A DNA stretch of 42,545 nt from Candidatus Woesearchaeota archaeon (GTDB lineage Archaea > Nanobdellota > Nanobdellia > Woesearchaeales > UBA10216), in NCBI GenBank assembly GCA_016180105.1, contig JACPBZ010000005.1, positions 1 to 42,545 of the forward strand, read 5' to 3'. The notes under the pieces are model-generated. The model had not been told where the DNA came from. It made no database searches and saw only the letters and a program-made list of their open reading frames with translations. Shown here piece by piece: positions 9,897-20,267 of the stretch. A program made the position numbers and the translations under genes. Position 1 is the stretch's first letter; every line of letters starts with the position of its first letter.

Positions 9897-10142
9897 ATGG
9901 CGAGGACTATAATGATTGCTGACAGGGTTTATGAGGAACTGAAGAGGGCTAAAGGCAGTGATAAGAGCTTCAGTGAGGTTATAGCTGAGGCGCTTGAGGC
10001 GTCAAAGCCTAAAAAAACCATAGCTGGAGTTTTGAAGTATGCTGGCATCCTTAAGGGTGATACAGAGTACGACGAACTGATGAAGTGGTCAAGAAAGAGA
10101 TGGAAAGAATGGCAGGACAGATCATGGAAAAAATCTGTTTAG
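9897..10142 (+). CDS. vapB: VapB-type antitoxin (DUF217-like)
   Basis: MARTIMIADRVYEELKRAKG..SFSEVI; overlaps the PIN gene. Confidence 0.8.
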   Translation: MARTIMIADRVYEELKRAKGSDKSFSEVIAEALEASKPKKTIAGVLKYAGILKGDTEYDELMKWSRKRWKEWQDRSWKKSV

Positions 10143-10498
10143 ATATCTCCGTATGCATTGATTTGATAAAACGAGGCAATGACGAGGCATTATCTTCTTT
10201 TTCAGCTGCTGAAGCTTTTTTGAGTTCGATGACTCTTTTTGAGTTAAGGCTTAGGACGCGCAACTTGGAAGAGGCCGAATTATTCATTAGTGCATTCGAA
10301 ATATTGGCGTTTGACAAGAAAGCAGCCGAGGAGGCGAGCAACATAGAAAAAGACTTGAAAGAAAGGGGCGCACTGATAGGACGCCAGGACATCTTCATAG
10401 CCGCAACTGCTATGGTAAACAACTGCGCCCTTGCCACATTAAAAGTCAAGGACTTCTCAAGGATTAAGGGGCTCAAGCTAGTTAAACTTCAAGAATAA
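10124..10498 (+). CDS. vapC: VapC PIN-domain toxin
   Basis: CLDISVCID, TLFEL, DIFIAATA and LATLKVKDF. Confidence 0.85.
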   Translation: MEKICLDISVCIDLIKRGNDEALSSFSAAEAFLSSMTLFELRLRTRNLEEAELFISAFEILAFDKKAAEEASNIEKDLKERGALIGRQDIFIAATAMVNNCALATLKVKDFSRIKGLKLVKLQE

Positions 10499-12276
10499 TA
10501 GTATTTGCCTTCCGCTTTCTGTTCCCTGTCGAGCCTGGAGTCTGGCGTGTTTATCCTGGGCCTGTTGGAGTCCTTGTCCCTTCTCAGGGTGATGTTGAGG
10601 CTTTTCAGGAAGTGGTTCATTCCAGTCTCCATCTGGAAGGGGCCGTGCGCTTCCCCATTGACTGCGGGCTCGCCTGAAAACACCATTAGCGTGTCTGAGA
10701 CGTAGTCTATGAGGAGCAGGTCGTGGTCAACCACCACTGCAGTTTTGCCCTGCAGGCTCATCCTTTCCCTGATTGCCTTTGATGCGGCGATGCGCTGCTC
10801 AACGTCGAGGTATGCTGATGGCTCGTCCAGGAGGTATAAGTCTGCATCCTCGGCCAGGCACTTTGCTATCATGACGCGCTGAAGCTCGCCTCCGGAGAGT
10901 TCCTTGAATTTCTTGAGCAGGAGGGGCTCTATTTCAAGCCTTGCCATCAGCTGGGTGTCATTTTGCGCCTTGTCCAGGAAGTTTGTCACCTGGTCTTCTG
11001 GGTTTTGGATGGCTGCGTTTATGTACTGCGGCTTGTATGAAATCGTGACGTTTGCATTCACGTTTCCGGAATCTGGCTTTATCTCGCCCGTAAGCAGCTT
11101 CACGAAGGTTGTCTTGCCAAGCCCGTTTTCGCCCAGTACGCCTGTGACGTGCTTCTTGGGCAGCTCCCCTGCTGGTGCGAGGAGAGTGAATTTTCCAAGT
11201 TTTGTTCTTATGCCATCCCATTTTACCAGGCTCTCCCTCCCGCCGAGTTTTTCTGGTGGCTTTGACTCGAATTTTATTTCGTGCTGCCTGAACCTCATGT
11301 TCTCATCGCGCAAGAATCCCTCGAGGTATGCGTTTATGGCGTTTCTTGTGGGCTTGGGCTTGCTAACTATGCCGTATGCTCCTGATTCGCCGTACATTAT
11401 GTGCACGGTATCGGCCAGGTAATCGAGTATTATGAGGTCGTGCTCTGCCGCCACAACCGAATTTTCCGGCTTGACCAGCGCCCTGATGAATTTTGCCGTG
11501 CTTATTCTTTGCTTTATGTCAAGGAATGATGTTGGCTCGTCGAATATGTAGACGTCTGGGCTCGCGTTGTCTTTTAGCGCGGCTGCGGCGATTGCTATTC
11601 TCTGGAGCTCTCCGCCTGAGACTTTGCTTATGTCTGTGTCAAGCACGTTGGTGATTCCAAGCTCGGCAGTGATTGCGGACGTTTTTTTCTCGTCCTTGCA
11701 CACTGCCTGGAGGAGTTTTTTGGCAGTTCCCTTGAACGTGGCTGGAATTGAGTCGACGGCTTGTGGCTTGACTGAGACTTTCAGTTTGCCATCTCGGATT
11801 CTTTCAAAGAATGCCTGGGCTTCTGACCCCCTGAACATCTGGATAAGGGCGTTAATGCTTTCGGCAGCGCTCTTTTTTTCAGTTGCTTTCCCGAAGTTGG
11901 GCTGCAGCATCTGCGCTATGACTTTTATTGCTGAGCTTTTTCCTATCCCGTTGATGCCCAGTATGCCGTTGACTTGGCCAAATAATGGCGCGGGCAGGCT
12001 GAAGAGCTCAAAGCCGTCTGTGCCGAATCGGTGTATGGGCTTGTCCGTGAGTTTCTCCGGCAGCTTGACCATGTGGATTGCGTTAAACGGGCATTTTTTT
12101 ACGGTGATTGATTCTGCATCAGTGCAGACTTCCTCGTTGACCTGCGCCTTGCCATCCGGGCCTATGACGAAGACTTCCTTGCCCATCCTGTTTCCAGGGC
12201 TCACCCTAAGGCAGAGATAACCTCCGCATCCCTGCGGGTTGCACTTGTCCTTCTCGATTACGGCTATGCGTCTCAT
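10489..12276 (-). CDS. rli: ABCE1/RLI ribosome-recycling ATPase with a degenerate Fe-S domain
   Basis: Two NBDs (GINGIGKS, GENGLGKT, SGGELQR twice) and C-terminal RPRINTPDSRLDREQK. Confidence 0.95.
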   Translation of the reverse strand: MRRIAVIEKDKCNPQGCGGYLCLRVSPGNRMGKEVFVIGPDGKAQVNEEVCTDAESITVKKCPFNAIHMVKLPEKLTDKPIHRFGTDGFELFSLPAPLFGQVNGILGINGIGKSSAIKVIAQMLQPNFGKATEKKSAAESINALIQMFRGSEAQAFFERIRDGKLKVSVKPQAVDSIPATFKGTAKKLLQAVCKDEKKTSAITAELGITNVLDTDISKVSGGELQRIAIAAAALKDNASPDVYIFDEPTSFLDIKQRISTAKFIRALVKPENSVVAAEHDLIILDYLADTVHIMYGESGAYGIVSKPKPTRNAINAYLEGFLRDENMRFRQHEIKFESKPPEKLGGRESLVKWDGIRTKLGKFTLLAPAGELPKKHVTGVLGENGLGKTTFVKLLTGEIKPDSGNVNANVTISYKPQYINAAIQNPEDQVTNFLDKAQNDTQLMARLEIEPLLLKKFKELSGGELQRVMIAKCLAEDADLYLLDEPSAYLDVEQRIAASKAIRERMSLQGKTAVVVDHDLLLIDYVSDTLMVFSGEPAVNGEAHGPFQMETGMNHFLKSLNITLRRDKDSNRPRINTPDSRLDREQKAEGKYYYS

Positions 12277-12355
12277 GGTGTTTTTCGGAAGTTTGCGCCT
12301 TTTTAAATTAATTGTGGGCAGTAGATTTTTATATTCCTTCCAGGCATAAGGGCGT

Positions 12356-13246
12356 ATGAAGCGCTCCTTGATGGATCAGGTTGGCATTCTGCTGCTGAGG
12401 CACGGCTATACTGTCAAGACACTGACTGGCAGCAGCTTTGACATTGTCGCAAGGAGGGATGCCCAGGTAATGCTGATTAAGGTGCTGGAAGACGCGAACA
12501 GCATTACAGAGGACTTCGCGGTCTCGATGCGCAACCTGAGCAGCCATATTGATGCTGCTCCTGTAATCATTGCGGAGAAGGCAGGGCGCAAGCTTGAGGA
12601 CGGTGTTGTTTATTCGAGGTTTGGTGTTTATGCTTTCAATTACGGCACTTTTGGCAGCTGCCTTGCGAGCAGGTTCCCTATCGTGATAAGCACCCGAGCC
12701 GGCTTCACGGCGTCTGTTGTGGGCGAGAAGCTTCGCCATCAGCGTGAAGCGAGAGGTTACTCTCTCGGCGCATTATCCAGGAAGGTAGGCGTTTCAAGGA
12801 GGATGATTTCAAAGTACGAGTCTGACCTCGCCGATGTTTCCCTGAGGAGTGCCATTGCGCTTAACAAGCTTTTTGGTTCTGGCATTTTCAATAAGGTTGA
12901 TGTTTTTGCTGCCGCAAGGGACTCCATTGAAGGGAAGCCCTCCCAGATTGCGCGCAAGTATGGCGAGCTTGGCTTCAGGGCGGCTGACACCAGCAAGGCG
13001 CCCTTTGATGTCGTGGCAAGGCTGCAGCACGAGCTTATCTTGACAGAAGTATCCCCGAGGGTCAATCCCAATCTCGAGTCAATCCAGCAGCTTCTTGGGG
13101 CTGATGCGCTGCTCATAGTTGACCGAAAGTCTGAGTCAAGGGTTCCCAAGGCACAAAAGGCGCTTCCCCTGATTCAGAAGGGCGACTTCCTGGAGATGAA
13201 GTCTGCCAGGGAGCTTATCAGGTTCTTGAGGGAGTTTGAGGACTGA
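12356..13246 (+). CDS. Archaeal Cro/C1-type HTH transcriptional regulator
   Basis: SFDIVARR, YSLGALSRKVGVSRRMISKYE and APFDVVA. Confidence 0.8.
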   Translation: MKRSLMDQVGILLLRHGYTVKTLTGSSFDIVARRDAQVMLIKVLEDANSITEDFAVSMRNLSSHIDAAPVIIAEKAGRKLEDGVVYSRFGVYAFNYGTFGSCLASRFPIVISTRAGFTASVVGEKLRHQREARGYSLGALSRKVGVSRRMISKYESDLADVSLRSAIALNKLFGSGIFNKVDVFAAARDSIEGKPSQIARKYGELGFRAADTSKAPFDVVARLQHELILTEVSPRVNPNLESIQQLLGADALLIVDRKSESRVPKAQKALPLIQKGDFLEMKSARELIRFLREFED

Positions 13247-13636
13247 ATGAAGCAGGATTATGTTGCCGGTCAGCACGGCCATGTTTTTACATTGACCGGA
13301 GTCGCGAAGGATGGCCTGGACGCCGTGGTTGAGGGGTTGGCGCCAGTAATCGAGATGGCGTCAGTGAGGGATGACGGACGGTCCGTCAATTATCATCTCA
13401 GTGGCAGGGTTGGAAGGAATGGCGAGGGCCATTTTGACCTGACTATCCTGCATAGGAAAATCCCGCAAGTGCAGAATACGATGGTAATGGTCACGTCTGC
13501 TTCTGTCAGGGCAGGAAGTTACGTTGTGGGCAGGGTGAGGCAGGCATTGTCAGATGTTAAGGAGCTCAATATGCCAAGTGACGTGTACTATAGTGAGCAT
13601 GTGCGTGGATTGTTCAACCCTAAGAAAGCTTTATAA
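13247..13636 (+). CDS. Hypothetical protein
   Basis: 129-aa ORF abutting the upstream stop, same strand as neighbours. Confidence 0.6.
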   Translation: MKQDYVAGQHGHVFTLTGVAKDGLDAVVEGLAPVIEMASVRDDGRSVNYHLSGRVGRNGEGHFDLTILHRKIPQVQNTMVMVTSASVRAGSYVVGRVRQALSDVKELNMPSDVYYSEHVRGLFNPKKAL

Positions 13637-13659
13637 AAACAATTCTTTTGTGCCAGTTT

Positions 13660-15513
13660 ATGGCAAAATCCTCAAGCAAGGGAGAGAGGATAGAAAAGCT
13701 TGTTCCCGACACGTCAGTAATCATAGAGGGTATGGTGAGCCGGAAGATAAAGTCCGGTGAGATTAAGCCCGCAACAGTTCTCATTCACGAGGCCGTGATT
13801 GCCGAGCTTGAGCACCAGGCCAATATGAACAAGACCATTGGCTTTCTTGGCCTTGACGAAATCAAGCATCTGAAGGAGCTTTCTGCGAAGTTTGAGTTTG
13901 AGCTTGCTTTTGCAGGGTTGAGGCCTCACGCTTCTGAGATAAGGAATGCTAGGCTTGGCGAGATTGACGCCCTGATAAGGCAGCTTGCCTTTGAGCAGGA
14001 CGGCACGTTGCTGACTGCTGATAAGGTCCAGGCTGAGGTTGCAAGGGCAAAAAACATTCCTGTCATCTTCGTTGAGATTGAGCAGCTGCAAAGGACCATA
14101 CGCCTTGAAGGCTATTTTGATGATTCCACGATGAGCGTTCACCTTCGCGAGAATGTCGTGCCCAAGGCCAAGAAAGGGATGCCGGGCAACTGGACGTTTG
14201 TCGACATAGGGCCTTCCCAGCTTGCAAGGGAGGAAGTGAAGGAGATGTCCAGGGAGATTATCGAGGAAGCTGGAGTGAGGAAGGATGGCTTTGTGGAGAT
14301 TGAGCGCCCAGGCTCCACCATTGTTCAGCTCGGGGCTTACAGGATTGTCATCACCAGGCCTCCGTTGTCTGATGGCTGGGAGATTACGGCTGTTCGGCCT
14401 GTGAAAAAGCTTTCTATGGATGATTACAAGCTTTCTGACAAGTTAAGGCACCGCATTAAGGAGCAGGCTGAAGGCATACTCATTGCAGGAGCTCCGGGAA
14501 TGGGTAAGAGCACGTTCGCCCAGGCCCTTGCAGAGCATTACGCCGAGCAGGGCAATATAGTGAAGACGGTTGAGGCTCCCAGGGACTTGATGCTGCCTGA
14601 TAACATCACTCAGTATGCCATCAGCCACGCCACGCCGCAGGAAATTCACGACATCCTTCTCTTGTCGAGGCCGGACTACACCGTATTTGATGAGATGCGC
14701 AATACTGCTGACTTCCAGCTTTTTGCAGACCTTCGCCTGGCAGGCATTGGCCTTGCCGGTGTGGTGCACGCGACCAACCCGATTGATGCAATCCAGCGCT
14801 TTGTGGGCAGGATTGAGCTTGGCGTCATTCCCCAGATTGTTGACACCGTGATTTTCATAAGGAACGGCTTTGTCGGAAAGGTCCTCAGCCTGAAGATGAC
14901 TGTCAAGGTGCCGGAGGGCATGACCGAGGCAGACCTGGCGAGGCCGGTTGTCGTGGTGAATGATTTTGAGACAGGCAAGCTTGAGTACGAGCTTTACAGC
15001 TATGGCGAGGAAACAGTTGTGATTCCGGTAAGCAGCCTTGCCAGGAGCAAGAGCCCTGTCCAGCAGTTTGCGGCTTCCGCCATTGAGGCGAAAATGAAGG
15101 AATACGTCAGCAATGCCAAGGTCGAGATGGTATCTGACAGCAAGTGCATTGTTTACGTTCCCGAAAACGAGATTGCGAAGCTGATTGGCAAGGAAGGCAA
15201 GAACATTGCCTCAATTGAGGACCGCCTTGGTGTTGGGATTGACGTGCAGGCCCTCGGGAGCAAGATGGCTGCCGAGGGGGAGGAACGTGACATTGCCTTT
15301 GATGCCAAGATAAGCAAGAAGCACATTGTCTTTTCGGTTGACGGGATTTTCGCTAACAAGAATGTCAATGTCTATGTTGATGGCGATTATGTGATGACGG
15401 CCAATGTTGGCAAGGACGGGGTTTTCAAGATTTCCAGGAAGAACAAGATTGGAAAGCTAATCACCGACGCGGCCAGCACGGGAGATGGGTTGAAGGTTAC
15501 GGTTTCTGGGTGA
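13660..15513 (+). CDS. PINA-type ATPase (PIN, PilT/VirB11-like ATPase and KH domains)
   Basis: VPDTSVII, GAPGMGKSTFAQA, FDEMR and LIGKEGKNI (KH). Confidence 0.9.
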   Translation: MAKSSSKGERIEKLVPDTSVIIEGMVSRKIKSGEIKPATVLIHEAVIAELEHQANMNKTIGFLGLDEIKHLKELSAKFEFELAFAGLRPHASEIRNARLGEIDALIRQLAFEQDGTLLTADKVQAEVARAKNIPVIFVEIEQLQRTIRLEGYFDDSTMSVHLRENVVPKAKKGMPGNWTFVDIGPSQLAREEVKEMSREIIEEAGVRKDGFVEIERPGSTIVQLGAYRIVITRPPLSDGWEITAVRPVKKLSMDDYKLSDKLRHRIKEQAEGILIAGAPGMGKSTFAQALAEHYAEQGNIVKTVEAPRDLMLPDNITQYAISHATPQEIHDILLLSRPDYTVFDEMRNTADFQLFADLRLAGIGLAGVVHATNPIDAIQRFVGRIELGVIPQIVDTVIFIRNGFVGKVLSLKMTVKVPEGMTEADLARPVVVVNDFETGKLEYELYSYGEETVVIPVSSLARSKSPVQQFAASAIEAKMKEYVSNAKVEMVSDSKCIVYVPENEIAKLIGKEGKNIASIEDRLGVGIDVQALGSKMAAEGEERDIAFDAKISKKHIVFSVDGIFANKNVNVYVDGDYVMTANVGKDGVFKISRKNKIGKLITDAASTGDGLKVTVSG

Positions 15514-17221
15514 CTGCCTGGGTTAGGTGGCCATTGCGCTCAAGAGCAGCATTGCCGTGAGTTCCATTTGCGGAATTGGTTTCTTTAATTCTCCAGGCAA
15601 CAGTCATATATTGCCGCAGCATTCTGGTGCTGTGGTACGTTGGTCCAAGTGTGCTTACAATGTATGGCGCCATAGCTTGTTGTCTTCCGGATGAAAAGGC
15701 TTCCTCAGCTCTTCGCAGGCTGGCAACTGTTTCCACGGCATCGTGCCTGTTGTCGCCATTTGTGCTTATGGTGAAGCCCGTGACCCCGTCAATAAGTGGC
15801 CCTTCGAACAGCCATCCTTCCCTGGGGCTGATATTTGGGAGGCCGTTTAAGGCGCCTTTCATGCCGCTTGTGCCTGAAGCTTCCCTTCCAGGCGCCGGAA
15901 ACTGAACTCGGCCATCAACCGCCTTTAATTGGAGTTGGGAGTTTGCTATGCCGTATTCAGGAAGAAACACGTAGGTTATTTTGCCTCCTGTCAGCCTGGT
16001 CAGGGATGCTCCTGCCTCTTGTGCCCTTTGAAGCGACTCCCTTCCTGCAACGTCATTGGGATGCGCTTTTCCGCCCTGAATCACGTTTAATGGCCTGCTG
16101 AGGTTGTCAGCGAGGTATTGCACGAAATCAGGGTTGAATAGTAGGTCGTGCCTCTTGTAAGGTGTTGCCCTTCGTGCGATGTCCACTGTGAACGCATCAG
16201 GGTTTAGATGGATTCCTGTCAGTTCTTGGATTTCCATAAGCGCAGCTTCTTTGCCTTTCACGTGCGCATTCCACATATCAGCCGGGCTTATCCTGCCTGC
16301 AGCCACAAGCGCATCAGGGTCATCGCGCCATCCAGGTCCAATCTTGCTGTCATAAAGCTCAGCCATCTCAGGGGTTACCCAGGTCGGCGGATGAACTGCG
16401 TTGGTTATGTGTCCAAAGTTTCTTCCCGGAAACAGTTGGTTTAGGATAAGCGAATGCTGAAGCGATACTCCAAAGCTGGCCCTGCTGTGGCGCGCGGCCA
16501 GCCAGTTAGTTACCAGGTTTCCGTTTTGGACGCATTCCCAAACTGTTTTGTGGCCATTCATTAGCTGGGGAACTTTCGACCTAAGCATCTCAGCAGAGAC
16601 CATTGGCATTGTGGCTTCCTCAATGCTGTGGTTGAAGAAAATGTTTCGTTCTATCACGTCATCCAGGCTGCCTGATTCCATTAATTGCGGCAGCACAAGC
16701 AACCCTGAATGCCCTTCATTCATGTGATACGTGGCAACCTGAATTCCCAGCCTCTGGAGCATTTTAAAGCCGCCCACTCCAAGCACCAGGCGCTGCAAGT
16801 CACCAATGCTTACACCATTGACTGAGCCATTGTCGTATAATCTATCCGTTATCCTCTTTGCCCAGTCTGGGTTGCCATCAACATCTGTTGTAAGGAATAG
16901 CGTCGTGACCTTGGAACCCTTGCCTGGGATGCCACTTTTAATTTCCAACGTGTATGCGCCGACTTTGAGCTCTGTGCCATCAAAAGGCACGCTTACTATT
17001 TCGGGCTGCTTTACAAGCCCTTGCTCTTCCAGAATCCAGTCTTGGGGCTCTCCAGATTGAGTTGCGTAGCCTTTCTTGGAAAGTTGCGTGAGAAAAATCA
17101 CGTCTGCGCCGTTGTCTGCTGCAGCCTTTTCCGTGTCCCCGGCCAAGATTCCAAGGCCGCCGGCGTAAGTGGGAATCCCCTGCTTAAGGCCTATTTCCTG
17201 GCTTAAGTAAGCTACCGTCAT
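15497..17221 (-). CDS. glgP: Alpha-glucan phosphorylase (GT35), compact form
   Basis: YAGGLGILAGD, HMNEGH, ARRATPYKR, GKAHP and the PLP motif EASGTSGMK. Confidence 0.85.
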   Translation of the reverse strand: MTVAYLSQEIGLKQGIPTYAGGLGILAGDTEKAAADNGADVIFLTQLSKKGYATQSGEPQDWILEEQGLVKQPEIVSVPFDGTELKVGAYTLEIKSGIPGKGSKVTTLFLTTDVDGNPDWAKRITDRLYDNGSVNGVSIGDLQRLVLGVGGFKMLQRLGIQVATYHMNEGHSGLLVLPQLMESGSLDDVIERNIFFNHSIEEATMPMVSAEMLRSKVPQLMNGHKTVWECVQNGNLVTNWLAARHSRASFGVSLQHSLILNQLFPGRNFGHITNAVHPPTWVTPEMAELYDSKIGPGWRDDPDALVAAGRISPADMWNAHVKGKEAALMEIQELTGIHLNPDAFTVDIARRATPYKRHDLLFNPDFVQYLADNLSRPLNVIQGGKAHPNDVAGRESLQRAQEAGASLTRLTGGKITYVFLPEYGIANSQLQLKAVDGRVQFPAPGREASGTSGMKGALNGLPNISPREGWLFEGPLIDGVTGFTISTNGDNRHDAVETVASLRRAEEAFSSGRQQAMAPYIVSTLGPTYHSTRMLRQYMTVAWRIKETNSANGTHGNAALERNGHLTQAVTQKP

Positions 17222-17339
17222 TTTCCCCACAGACTCACTTCTGTCCTTTACGCCACTGCTTGTTTTATAAAATTTGCGCATATAGTTTTCCCAAGTCTTC
17301 TGCAAAAGATTTATAATTGCCCTTCCAGCAACAGAATGA

Positions 17340-18620
17340 ATGCTCGATATCAGGTTTGTCAGGGATAACAGGCAGCTCGTCAAGAAAGACCTCGAGAAGC
17401 GCAACGACAGGGAGAAGCTTCCCTGGGTGGATGAGGCTGTTGAGAAGCACGAGGAGCTCACGGGGATAAAAGCTGAGATCGATAAGCTCAGGCACAGCCG
17501 CAATCTCATCAGTCAGGAGATTAATAGGCTTCAGAAGCAGAAAAAGGACATTTCCTCAAAGGTTAAGGAAGTTAAGGAGCTTCCCGGAAAGATTGCTGCA
17601 GCTGAAGAAAAATTTCAGAAGGTGGAAGATCGCATTAAATTTATTCTTCGAAGGTTGCCTAATGTTCTTCACGAGTCTGTCCCTGTTGGGAAGGACGATA
17701 CTGAAAACAATGAGGTTAAGCGCTGGGGCGCCATCAAGAAGCCCTCATTCCAGTTAAAGCCTCACGGCGAGCTTCTTGAGCAGCTTGGCCTTGCGGATTT
17801 CGAAAAGGCAGCTGAGATTTCCGGCACGGGCTTTCATTTTCTCAAGGGCGACCTCGTGAAGCTTGAGCTTGCCCTTATCAACTTCGCAGTTTCTGCAATG
17901 GAAAAGAAGGGCTTTACCCTTGTCGAGCCTCCTTTGATGCTTCGCCGTGAGCCATACGAGGGAGTTACCGACCTTGCCGCCTTCGAGAGCGTTATGTACC
18001 GGATTGACGAAGGCAAGAATGAAAACGAGAGCAGCTATCTCATCGCGACGTCCGAGCATCCCATTGCGGCAATGATGACCGGCGCTGTCCTGGATGAAAA
18101 GCGGCTGCCTCTGAAGTTTTGCGGCATAAGCAATTGCTTCAGGAGGGAGATTGGCAGCCACGGCATAGATACCAGGGGCTTGTTCAGGGTTCACCAGTTC
18201 AGCAAGGTTGAGCAGTTTGTGTTTTGCAGGCCTGAGGACTCCTGGAAAATTCACGAGGAGCTGTTGAAGAATTCAGAGGAGCTTTTGCAGCAGCTCAAAA
18301 TCCCGTACAGGGTCGTGAATGTCTGCACTGGCGACATTGGAGCCGTTGCAGCAAAAAAGTACGACATTGAGGCGTGGTTCCCGAGGCAGAACAATTACCG
18401 TGAGGTGGTCAGCTGCAGCAACTGCACTGCCTATCAGTCTACTGCCCTGAATATCCGCTTTGGCAACGGGAAGGCGTACGTCCACACCCTGAACTCAACC
18501 GCCATCGCGACTGGCAGGACAATGGTCGCCATCATCGAGAACTACCAAAACCAGGACGGCACTATAACTGTGCCTGATGTTCTCGTGCCTTACGTTGGAA
18601 AGAAGGTTATTGGGAAGTAG
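17340..18620 (+). CDS. serS: Seryl-tRNA synthetase
   Basis: MLDIRFVR, ATSEHP, FRREIG, RVHQFSKVEQF and HTLNSTA. Confidence 0.97.
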   Translation: MLDIRFVRDNRQLVKKDLEKRNDREKLPWVDEAVEKHEELTGIKAEIDKLRHSRNLISQEINRLQKQKKDISSKVKEVKELPGKIAAAEEKFQKVEDRIKFILRRLPNVLHESVPVGKDDTENNEVKRWGAIKKPSFQLKPHGELLEQLGLADFEKAAEISGTGFHFLKGDLVKLELALINFAVSAMEKKGFTLVEPPLMLRREPYEGVTDLAAFESVMYRIDEGKNENESSYLIATSEHPIAAMMTGAVLDEKRLPLKFCGISNCFRREIGSHGIDTRGLFRVHQFSKVEQFVFCRPEDSWKIHEELLKNSEELLQQLKIPYRVVNVCTGDIGAVAAKKYDIEAWFPRQNNYREVVSCSNCTAYQSTALNIRFGNGKAYVHTLNSTAIATGRTMVAIIENYQNQDGTITVPDVLVPYVGKKVIGK

Positions 18621-18621
18621 A

Positions 18622-18859
18622 ATGAAAAAAGTGATTAGCTCAACAGGGGCTCCAAAGGCGGCAGGGCCTTATTCCCAGGCAGTTCTGACTGATGCCAGAT
18701 ACGGGATGGAATTATCTGGGCAAGCTGGTTGAGGGCGGCATTGAAGCTGAGACAGGGCCCGAGAATCCGCCTGCGAGGGTTGCAGTTGCAGTAACGCAGC
18801 TTCCATTGGGCGCACTTGTCGAGATTGAATGCGAAGCGGCAGGCGACAAGATATCATAG
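18622..18859 (+). pseudogene. ridA: RidA (YjgF/UK114) pseudogene with internal deletions and a frameshift
   Basis: MKKVISSTGAPKAAGPYSQAV...SGQ, then in the +1 frame KLVEGGIEAET-GPENPPARVAVAVTQLPLGALVEIEC; the central part is missing. Confidence 0.8.
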
Positions 18860-19009
18860 AAGCCTTCTCACCAGCGAGAACAGGAACAGTATCAGGAATA
18901 TTATAAAAAGTATTTTTGCAATGTCTGCGGCAATTCCTGCTATTCCGCCGAATCCAAGCACTGCTGCAACAATTGCAATAATCAGGAACAGAATGGCGTA
19001 GTCAAGCAT
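18854..19009 (-). CDS. DUF1328/UPF0391 small membrane protein
   Basis: [35 protein letters not shown]. Confidence 0.88.
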   Translation of the reverse strand: MLDYAILFLIIAIVAAVLGFGGIAGIAADIAKILFIIFLILFLFSLVRRLL

Positions 19010-19205
19010 TTTTCTCCCAGCAATCTTATGTTGTTTTATTTCGTCTTTTCGTTTTCTCTCGGTGGCAACGTTTAATTCCCCCAACGGCCTATTCAAGATG
19101 TTTAAATTGATAAGGCTTTCTTTAAAGATTATATAGAAAGATGGATGATGGCAAATTGGCCGCCTCACGAAAAACTATATATACCTTCCATCCGCTGCTG
19201 GCTTT

Positions 19206-20267
19206 ATGGCTTTTTTTGAGACAGGCGGCAGGTCCTTGTTCAGGAACCCGATTGGCTTGGATTATGATTACCAGCCTAAAGTGGTGAAGTATCGCGAGAT
19301 GGAAATGAGGCAGGTTGCTGCTGCTATTAGGCCGCTCTTCCAGAAGAGAAGCGGCAGGAATGTTTTCATTTTCGGCCCTTCCGGGGTTGGCAAGACCGTG
19401 GCGGTCAGGAATCTGCTCAATGAGCTTGAGCAGGAAACTGATGAAATCACCCAATTTTACATAAACTGCTGGAAGAGCGACACCACCTTCAAGGTCTTGA
19501 TTGAGCTTTGCAATACCATCAACTACAAGTTCACGCAGAACAAGAGAACCGAGGAATTGTTTGACATCGTGAAGAAGGATGTCAACAAGGGCGCTGCCGT
19601 CTTTGTCTTTGACGAGGTTGACAAGCTTGATGACATTGACTTCCTTTACAGCCTTGTCGAGGACGTTTTCAACAAGTCAATAATACTCATTACTAACCAC
19701 AAGGATTGGGTTGTGAATCTTGACAGCAGGATTAAGTCCAGGCTGACTGCCGAAATGCTTGAGTTCAGGCCATACGACCTTACCGAGACAAGGGGCGTGC
19801 TTCAGGAGAGGCTGGAGTTTGTCTTTGGGCCGAACGTGTGGGATGCCGATGCCTTTGAGGCAATTGTCCAGAAGGCTTTTTCTGCCCAGGACATTCGCTC
19901 TGGCCTTTACCTTATGAAGGAGGCTGCAAGCATCGCTGAGGAGCGAAACTCTGGCCGGGTAGAGGCTTCTGATGTCGCATCCGCAATGGCAAAGCTTGAT
20001 GAGTTCAGCATCAAGAGGACGGATGAGCTTGAGGACGAAAGCCGCTTTGTGCTCAATATAGTGAGGAAGAATAGTGGCAGGAAGATTGGTGAGGTTTACA
20101 ACGCCTACAGGGAGGCTGGCGGTGAGATGGTTTACAAGACATTCCAGAGGAGGATTACGAAGCTTGAGGAGGACCGCTTCATAGTCACCGAGAAGATAAC
20201 CGGCGGCGTGGAAGGGACTACTACCCTTGTGAAGTTCGGCTCGGAGAAGAAGCTGACTGAATTTTAG
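19206..20267 (+). CDS. cdc6: Cdc6/Orc1-family AAA+ ATPase
   Basis: YQPKVVKYRE, GPSGVGKT, YINCW, FDEVD and a winged-helix-like C-terminus. Confidence 0.85.
   Translation: MAFFETGGRSLFRNPIGLDYDYQPKVVKYREMEMRQVAAAIRPLFQKRSGRNVFIFGPSGVGKTVAVRNLLNELEQETDEITQFYINCWKSDTTFKVLIELCNTINYKFTQNKRTEELFDIVKKDVNKGAAVFVFDEVDKLDDIDFLYSLVEDVFNKSIILITNHKDWVVNLDSRIKSRLTAEMLEFRPYDLTETRGVLQERLEFVFGPNVWDADAFEAIVQKAFSAQDIRSGLYLMKEAASIAEERNSGRVEASDVASAMAKLDEFSIKRTDELEDESRFVLNIVRKNSGRKIGEVYNAYREAGGEMVYKTFQRRITKLEEDRFIVTEKITGGVEGTTTLVKFGSEKKLTEF

Noticed and set aside
19010-19205. Replication origin (ORB) next to cdc6
   Set aside because: AT-rich, but no ORB-like TCCAGTGGAAA/G-string repeats are visible.
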